Source: Candidatus Brocadiia bacterium (lineage in GTDB: Bacteria; Planctomycetota; Brocadiia; CAIUPP01). Taken from it: 64,000 nt of DNA. The stretch spans positions 1-64,000 of the forward strand of contig JBEKCB010000012.1 in assembly GCA_050015075.1 (NCBI GenBank), written 5' to 3'. Below are positions 59,001 to 64,000 of this stretch, piece by piece; within the stretch, counting starts at the first letter, position 1, and each line of letters opens with the position of its first letter. The notes under the pieces are model-generated. The model ran no database searches. It was not told the origin of the DNA and worked only from the letters and a program-made list of their open reading frames with translations. The translations under genes were made by a program, and so were the position numbers.

Positions 59001-61285
59001 GTGCCGTCCTTCCGGACGTACTCCTTCTCATAATTGATCGGCCGGCCGGTGCGGATTTGGTCCTCCAGCTTCGGCAGTTCGATCTCCAGCCATTCCGGCG
59101 GAGTCAGCGTCCTGGCCCAGTCAACGGATTGCAGTTCCTCGCGGCTATAGCCGGTGAGCTGCGCGAAGGCGTCGTTGGCGAGTCCCAACCGCCCGTCCGG
59201 GTATCCCACGACGAAAGGCTGAGACGATCGTTCGAGAATGCCCGCCAGGAACTCATTCTGCCGCTGGCCCTCCCGGACTTCCGCCTGAAGCCGCAGCGCG
59301 TCCAATGCGTGCGAGCATTGCGCGGCGAGCCACTCGATCAGGTGGAACTGTTCCGTGGTCCACTCCTGCGTTGTGTTGCTGTAAATGGTGACGGCGCCGA
59401 CGGGCATGTCCTTCAACTGCAGCGGCGAGGCCAGCACGGCGCCGAATGGCGGGTGGCCGGCGACCGGCAGCATTTTCAAGTCCGGCCTGAGCGCAATATC
59501 TTCCAGGGATGCGGTGCGGTCGTGCTGGAGCACCAGCTCGGTGAACGATGCCTTCATCGGCCAGGAACGAGGAACCTCCGCGCCGTCGAATCCCGCGTGA
59601 GCGAGGATATGCAGTTCCTCGCCTCGCCGTTCACAGATGACAGCGCCGTCGGCGCCGAGACCGAACATCTCCAGGGCCGCCTGGCAGATTTTTTCCAGCG
59701 CGTCCTGCTCGCCCAGCGGCAAGCGGGCGGAAGCCAGCAGCGCCTGGAGCATGTTCTCGCGGTGGCCCAGTTCCGTATTCAGCGCCTGGATTTCCCCCGA
59801 CTGGGTCGCCAGTTCCTCGTTCTGCTGCGTTAACTCCTCGGACTGCTGCGCCAGCTCTTCCGTTTGCCGCGTCAGCTCCTCGTTCTGCTGGGCCAGTTCC
59901 TCCGTCTGCTGCCGGAGCGATTCCTCGGCGGTCTTCTGCCGGGTGATGTCGGTGCTGACCTCCAGGATGGCCAGGGGCTTGCCGCGCTCGTCGCGGCGCA
60001 GCGCCCAGAGGAGCGCCAGGGACATTTGAGTTCCGTCCTTGCTGCGCCGGGTCGCTTCACCTTCCCATTGCCCGTTTCCCAGCAGCTCGCCGTGAATCTG
60101 CTCCAGGGGCCGGTCGAAATGCGTCTGGAGCAATTCGTAGGTGAGTTTGCCCTGGGCCTCATCGGCGTCGAAGCCATAGAGCCGGCGGTTGCCTTCGCTC
60201 CAGCGGACGATGCGGTGGTCCAGGTCCAGGGACATGAGATTGCCCATGTTCAGCAGGGCCAGTTCCTGCTCCTGCGCGGCGCTGACGGCCTCGGCCCCGC
60301 GGGCGCGGCGCAGACGCTCGGCCAGAATGCTCAGGAAGATGCTCGAGCCGGAGTAAATGCCTAACGCCATGGCGTCATTCGCATTCGCGATGCCGAACTG
60401 CCCTGTCGGCTCGATGAACCAGTAATCGGCCGCCAGCGCCGAAAGGACCGTAGCCGCTATTCCCGGCCCGCCGCCGGCGACGCTCGCCACGAGGAGAACC
60501 GCCGGATAGAACGTGACGAAGATGGGCATCGGCCCGACATTCCGCTCCAACCAGGATTTCAGCCACGTGGCCAGCGCAACGACCGCCACCGCGAACGCGT
60601 ATCGGACAGCGATTCCGGGCCATTTCCTGCCGGCGCCTCCGAGACGCATGCTGCGCCCCGCCAGCCGCATTGTGCGGATGACGATGACCGCGGAAATCCC
60701 CAGAATCGCCAGCGACAGCAGCACGCCGAAACCCAGCATCAGCGTGCTTTGCCGGGCGACTTCGCCGGCGGCGCGATTCCGCGTTTCCAACAAGTCGCCC
60801 TCGCGCTGCTCCATCCGGGCCACGAGTGTCCGAAAATCGTCCATGATGGCCTTGCCGCGGTCGGTGCGAATGACCGGCAACGCCGCCTCCATGCCGCCTT
60901 CCCTGCGAAGCTTGATGGTCTCCCGCAACTCGTCGAGCTTGTCGCTGGAGAGCTTCTGAAGTTGATCGAGGCGCTCCTGTTGTTCAGGATTATCCTGGGT
61001 CAGGGACCTCACCGAGGCGATGTCCTTCTGTATCTCTCCGGTAGCCGCGTTGAACGGCTCCAGGTAGCGCTCGTCGCCGGTCAGGACGAAGCCCCGCTGG
61101 CCCGTTTCGGCATCCTTGAGCGCCGATTGGACGCGCTCGAGGTTCTCCAGCACTTCGTGGGTTTGGACCACCCAGAGGTTCGTCTCGGTCAGCCGTTGGA
61201 TGGCCCGGTAGGATTGGATTCCCACGGCGCCGATGATCAGCAGCCCCAGGACGAACGCGACGGTGAGCTTCGCTCCGAGTTTCAT
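56087..61285 (-). CDS. Large hybrid sensor kinase: CHASE3, DUF4118-like TM, about 5 PAS, 2 GAF, HisKA_3, HATPase, REC
   Basis: DAETGQRGFVLTG; repeated DITERK; ILHDHIQQ and NAVKHSG; IIMDVNMP; GGAGG RBS before 61285. Confidence 0.92.
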   Translation of the reverse strand: MKLGAKLTVAFVLGLLIIGAVGIQSYRAIQRLTETNLWVVQTHEVLENLERVQSALKDAETGQRGFVLTGDERYLEPFNAATGEIQKDIASVRSLTQDNPEQQERLDQLQKLSSDKLDELRETIKLRREGGMEAALPVIRTDRGKAIMDDFRTLVARMEQREGDLLETRNRAAGEVARQSTLMLGFGVLLSLAILGISAVIVIRTMRLAGRSMRLGGAGRKWPGIAVRYAFAVAVVALATWLKSWLERNVGPMPIFVTFYPAVLLVASVAGGGPGIAATVLSALAADYWFIEPTGQFGIANANDAMALGIYSGSSIFLSILAERLRRARGAEAVSAAQEQELALLNMGNLMSLDLDHRIVRWSEGNRRLYGFDADEAQGKLTYELLQTHFDRPLEQIHGELLGNGQWEGEATRRSKDGTQMSLALLWALRRDERGKPLAILEVSTDITRQKTAEESLRQQTEELAQQNEELTRQTEELAQQSEELTQQNEELATQSGEIQALNTELGHRENMLQALLASARLPLGEQDALEKICQAALEMFGLGADGAVICERRGEELHILAHAGFDGAEVPRSWPMKASFTELVLQHDRTASLEDIALRPDLKMLPVAGHPPFGAVLASPLQLKDMPVGAVTIYSNTTQEWTTEQFHLIEWLAAQCSHALDALRLQAEVREGQRQNEFLAGILERSSQPFVVGYPDGRLGLANDAFAQLTGYSREELQSVDWARTLTPPEWLEIELPKLEDQIRTGRPINYEKEYVRKDGTRVPIELLVHLVKDAEGKPLYYYSFLADITERKRAEGLTEARLRMMVASNDPALSLDETLRMLLDEIEARTGSVIGFYHYMEPDQETLSLQTWSTNTLRNMCMAEGKGRHYPVSDAGVWVECVRRRRTVIHNDYASLPDRKGLPAGHAPVIREMVVPIMRGGRIVAIIGVGNKPTNYDPTDADTVSHLGDFSWEIVERKRAEEALRQREQLLQNVIDGSTSPIFLKDLDGKFITINASLERMLGISRDKLKGKTDYDIAPKEVADYWRTHDKQVMATGKAIQIEEVADLPDGHHIFLANKFPLVNADGHTYGVGSISHDITERKRGEEALQLSEEKFAKAFAGNPAGVALTRLDDGLFLDVNDAWAAMNGYSREEAIGHFARKMHIWPTDDAAAHFVQTLREKGAVRGWEQQFHKKSGEVFVAEFSAQLLTLGAEKVILTIMVDITARRQAEEALRQSEARFRTLFDTMSEGFSINEIICDDRGKPCDLRYLAVNPAFERHTGLKAADIAGRTCLELFPQAEPEWFERYGKVALTGEPAHFESAFGPLGRWFEVSSYQTEPGRFAVVFFDISERKRAEEALRELNLSLERRVTERTAEVQQQADQLRALAVDLSQAEQRERKRLAGILHDHIQQLLVAAQLQLSLIERADPTTVRSTAQGINSIIAEAITASRSLTVELSPPILHQSGLTAALTWLAAREEETHLFKVHVRANSDAEPADPDVRALLFSSVQELLLNAVKHSGVREAQLIMRRSKENWTQIIVEDKGKGFDPSAIAAHRGGGFGLFSIQQRLAYLGGRMEVDSAPGRGARFVLMIPIGQAAAKEAASAAPTAPPAAMAPVHTKGRRISVLLVDDHRIMRQGLTSLLEFEEDIEVVAEAENGRQAVELAHQYVPDVIIMDVNMPVMNGIEATRILSKELPEVKVIALSMHQERDTAEAMRQAGAVAYLTKGGPSEDLVAAIRACSGSRTTES

Positions 61286-62262
61286 TTCGAGTCCTCCAGG
61301 ACCATCAGGCTCCTCCGGTTGGCCGGCCGCGATCGAGGACCGGAGGTGCGGCCGCCGTGGCAGGGGCAAGCGCGGTAAATGCACCTTCCGACATAGGTCA
61401 AAGGCAATTCCGCCGGCGGCCGCTCGGCTCTTCCCGCCACCAGCACGCCTCCGGGCGCGAGGACCGAAATCAGCCCCTGCCACACCGCCGCGGCCGCGTC
61501 GGCTTTCAGGTAGATGCCCATGTTTCTCCACAGGATCACGTCCCAAGGGCCTTGCTCGATGCGCCGGCCCAGGTCCGCGACTTTCCAGTGGGCGCGACGG
61601 CGGAGCGGCTCGACCGGCCGCCATGCGCCGCCGGCCGCCTCAAAGTATTTGCGGCGGACCGGCGCGGCGACCTTCCCCAGGTCGTGGGAATTGTATAGAG
61701 CCGCCGCTGCCTCTTCAATCGCATCGTGGCGGCAGTCGCTGCCCAGGAGGAAACTGCCCTCCAGCAGGCCGGCCTCCGCCAGCAGAATCGCAAGGCTGTA
61801 CAGCTCCGCGCCGCTGGAACAGGCCGCGCTCCAGACCCGTAACGGCCGGCTGCGGCGCGCCAGCTTCGGCAGCGCTTCGGTCCGCAACGTTTCGTACACC
61901 GGGGCATCGCGAAAGAATTCCGTTGTGCCGATCAGCAGCGCGCTGACGGCGACGGGCAGCAACTCGGGCCGCTCTTCCAGAATCCGCCGGGCTTGCGCCT
62001 CGGTATGGGCGTGCAACGCCCGCAGGCAGGCGGAGAGCCGTCGCCGCAGGGGTTCGCCGCGATACCCCTCGACGGCCAGGCCGGCGCGCTCGAAAACCCA
62101 CGAGGCGAATGCGCCGGGCGGTTCAGAAGAGTTCGCAGCAACAGGGAGGGCCTGCGGCAAAGGGGCATTGGACCGCTCGGCGTGCCGGGGAGCCGTGGCA
62201 GCCGGCCGGCCGGCGAACCTCACGTATCGCAATGTGTCTGCCCCTGAAGCCAGCTTGTTCAC
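61282..62262 (-). CDS. cheR: CheR-type glutamate O-methyltransferase
   Basis: IGTTEFFRD, VWSAACSSGAELYSLA, WDVILWRNMGIY and LAPGGVL motifs; stop overlaps the kinase start. Confidence 0.88.
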   Translation of the reverse strand: MNKLASGADTLRYVRFAGRPAATAPRHAERSNAPLPQALPVAANSSEPPGAFASWVFERAGLAVEGYRGEPLRRRLSACLRALHAHTEAQARRILEERPELLPVAVSALLIGTTEFFRDAPVYETLRTEALPKLARRSRPLRVWSAACSSGAELYSLAILLAEAGLLEGSFLLGSDCRHDAIEEAAAALYNSHDLGKVAAPVRRKYFEAAGGAWRPVEPLRRRAHWKVADLGRRIEQGPWDVILWRNMGIYLKADAAAAVWQGLISVLAPGGVLVAGRAERPPAELPLTYVGRCIYRACPCHGGRTSGPRSRPANRRSLMVLEDSK

Positions 62263-62519
62263 GTGCCGTAACCAACCTCGCTCGATGCCTGCATGCGCTT
62301 GGAGTGACGATCAAGGTTTGTGCGGTCGTTGATACCGTACGCAGTTGCTCAGTCCCCAATGTTCCCGGATGGGCGCCTCACTTTCCCAATAGGAATTCGT
62401 GCGATATTACCAGAAAAGTGAATGCAAGTATAGAGGCAAGCGACGATGCGGGATAAGTGGCGGGAGTTTTTAAGGGAAGGGCCGACAAGGCTCAGAAACC
62501 TTGCCGGTCCTTTGTGAAG

Positions 62520-63131
62520 TTACTGCGGATTAGCCGGAGGATTAGCCGGAGGCGGTCCGCCGGGGAAACCCATGGGGCCATGCCCCATCATGCGTCCGCC
62601 CCATGCATGCTGCATCATGTGTCCGCGCCACGGGTGATGATGCTCGAGGTGTTTCTGCAGCTCGGACATCTTCGTCTGCTGCTCCGGCGTGAGGGCGTTC
62701 TTGATCCCGATGAGCATCCCCAGAGTCGAGAGCTTGAGATCGTTCTCGATCTTCAGCACCTTCTCTGTTTGCGCGAGGATGGCTTTCTCGTCGGGCTTGG
62801 CCTCCTTCAGGAGATCCGCAAGCATGCCCTTCTGAATGCTCTGGTCCCACCGCAGTTCCGTCTTGTGCTCTGCGAACTTCACCATCTCCGACTTGATGGT
62901 TTTCTGCTGGTCGGGCGTCAGGCCGAGATCCTTCTGATAGCGCATCACCAGTTCGGGGCAGAAAAAGTTTGCGCCCATCATATCGCCGCGGCAGCTTCCC
63001 GCCTCACATTTGCCCTCCATTGCGGGCTTCTGGCCGGGGTCCAATGCGACCGGCGGCGATGTCATCGGTTGAGCCCATGCGGTTGCGGCGACGATCAGTG
63101 CTACGGCTATGGTACGAAATTGAGTAATCAT
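62520..63131 (-). CDS. Spy/CpxP/ZraP-like periplasmic protein
   Basis: Signal peptide; LGLTPDQQ and LTPEQQ motifs; His/Met-rich tail. Confidence 0.8.
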   Translation of the reverse strand: MITQFRTIAVALIVAATAWAQPMTSPPVALDPGQKPAMEGKCEAGSCRGDMMGANFFCPELVMRYQKDLGLTPDQQKTIKSEMVKFAEHKTELRWDQSIQKGMLADLLKEAKPDEKAILAQTEKVLKIENDLKLSTLGMLIGIKNALTPEQQTKMSELQKHLEHHHPWRGHMMQHAWGGRMMGHGPMGFPGGPPPANPPANPQ

Positions 63132-63259
63132 GGGGGTTCTCCTTTCAGAAAACCCGCGTCAATCCTGAGTTTCTCATTTCCCTGTCCTCCCACGGACAGT
63201 TGCCTTTCTAATAAAAGAGTATGCCACGGGAGCGCCGGTGTCAAAGAATTTTCGGCGGG

Positions 63260-63655
63260 TCATTTGCCGTAGACGTGCACAGTCGCGGACTTGTAGATTC
63301 CGAGGATTTCGAGCAGCTCATAGTCGGCGTAGTAGACCGTCTCGATGCCGGCGTCGCGCGCGGCGCTGTCGAGGGCCGCATCGCCCCAGCCGGCGCTCAG
63401 GATGTGGAAGGTGTCCACTATCGGCAGGATGAAGGCATGCACCGTTGTCTCGCCATGCTTCACGTCCGGTCCGCAAGGCACGCCGCCGGGCGCTTCCTCC
63501 AGACGGCAAGTCATCGGCGCGCGGTAGTGCGTGAAGATGAAACCTTTAGCCGGCGTCACCCCGATATGTTCGGTGGCGGCGCATCCGCCAAGGAACGATC
63601 CCGCTGTCCCGAGCGCCAGGAGCAGCAGACATCGAATCGTTACGGACATCTCCAT
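63260..63655 (-). CDS. TRL-like family lipoprotein
   Basis: Lipobox LGGC; WGDAALDSAARDAGI...YADY...VYG. Confidence 0.75.
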   Translation of the reverse strand: MEMSVTIRCLLLLALGTAGSFLGGCAATEHIGVTPAKGFIFTHYRAPMTCRLEEAPGGVPCGPDVKHGETTVHAFILPIVDTFHILSAGWGDAALDSAARDAGIETVYYADYELLEILGIYKSATVHVYGK

Positions 63656-63671
63656 TCTCCGATCCGCGCGA

Positions 63672-63989
63672 TCAGTCGCCGCGCACGATGGTGGTGTATC
63701 GCTGATAGAGGCCGAGGATGCTGAACATCTGGTAGTTCAACTGCTTGACTTCGCTGATGCCGGCATCGCGGGCGGCGGCGGTGACGGAGGAGTCGCCCCA
63801 ACCGACCAGGAAGAGCAGCGTGTAGGTGGAGGCGCGCCCTTCCTTGCTGCCGATCTCTTTCCCGCCGAAGAGCGGCGCCTTCTGGTCGTTATAAAGAATG
63901 CCGCGCGGCGGCACGACCGGCGCCATCGCGCAGCCGGAAAGCATTACGCCGATCAACAGCGCCGCTGCGAGGAAGGTGTTTCGCCGCAT
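63672..63989 (-). CDS. TRL-like family lipoprotein
   Basis: Lipobox LSGC; SKEGRAS, GWGDSSVTAAARDAGI and TIVRGD. Confidence 0.8.
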   Translation of the reverse strand: MRRNTFLAAALLIGVMLSGCAMAPVVPPRGILYNDQKAPLFGGKEIGSKEGRASTYTLLFLVGWGDSSVTAAARDAGISEVKQLNYQMFSILGLYQRYTTIVRGD

Positions 63990-64000
63990 GATATGCCTTT

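Noticed and set aside
63208-63225. sigma54 promoter for the Spy/ZraP-like gene
   Set aside because: TGGCA is present on the minus strand but the -12 GC is absent.

Overview
GC-rich bacterial window, probably from a Planctomycetota/PVC-type or similar environmental lineage (inferred from gene content only). It holds about 46 intact CDSs, mostly carbohydrate and redox metabolism (sugar isomerases, NagB, KDPG aldolase, GH2 beta-galactosidase, Gfo/Idh/MocA and URO-D family enzymes, a molybdo-oxidoreductase operon). It also has a divalent-metal uptake operon, two related hybrid histidine kinases (one paired with CheR) and two M28/DUF4910-like peptidases. No rRNA, tRNA or CRISPR array was seen. The strongest signal is at 14.3-15.7 kb: an intact IS1111-type (IS110 family) element whose downstream non-coding end carries all four target and donor guide segments of a bridge/seek RNA. 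Those guides match the REP-like palindrome it split, which itself sits inside a TIR-bounded MITE. Other highlights: a mosaic MITE/REP repeat family, GTAG-type REP doublets that supply stop codons to host genes, a 75-bp in-frame palindromic insertion in lacZ, a PreA-like plus DsrL/GltD-like fusion under a RutR-like operator, an M28-AAC(3) fusion, a DtxR-family regulator lacking its primary metal-site ligands, and a CheR gene coupled to a kinase with methyl-accepting-like heptads. All calls come from reading motifs by eye; no database search was run.
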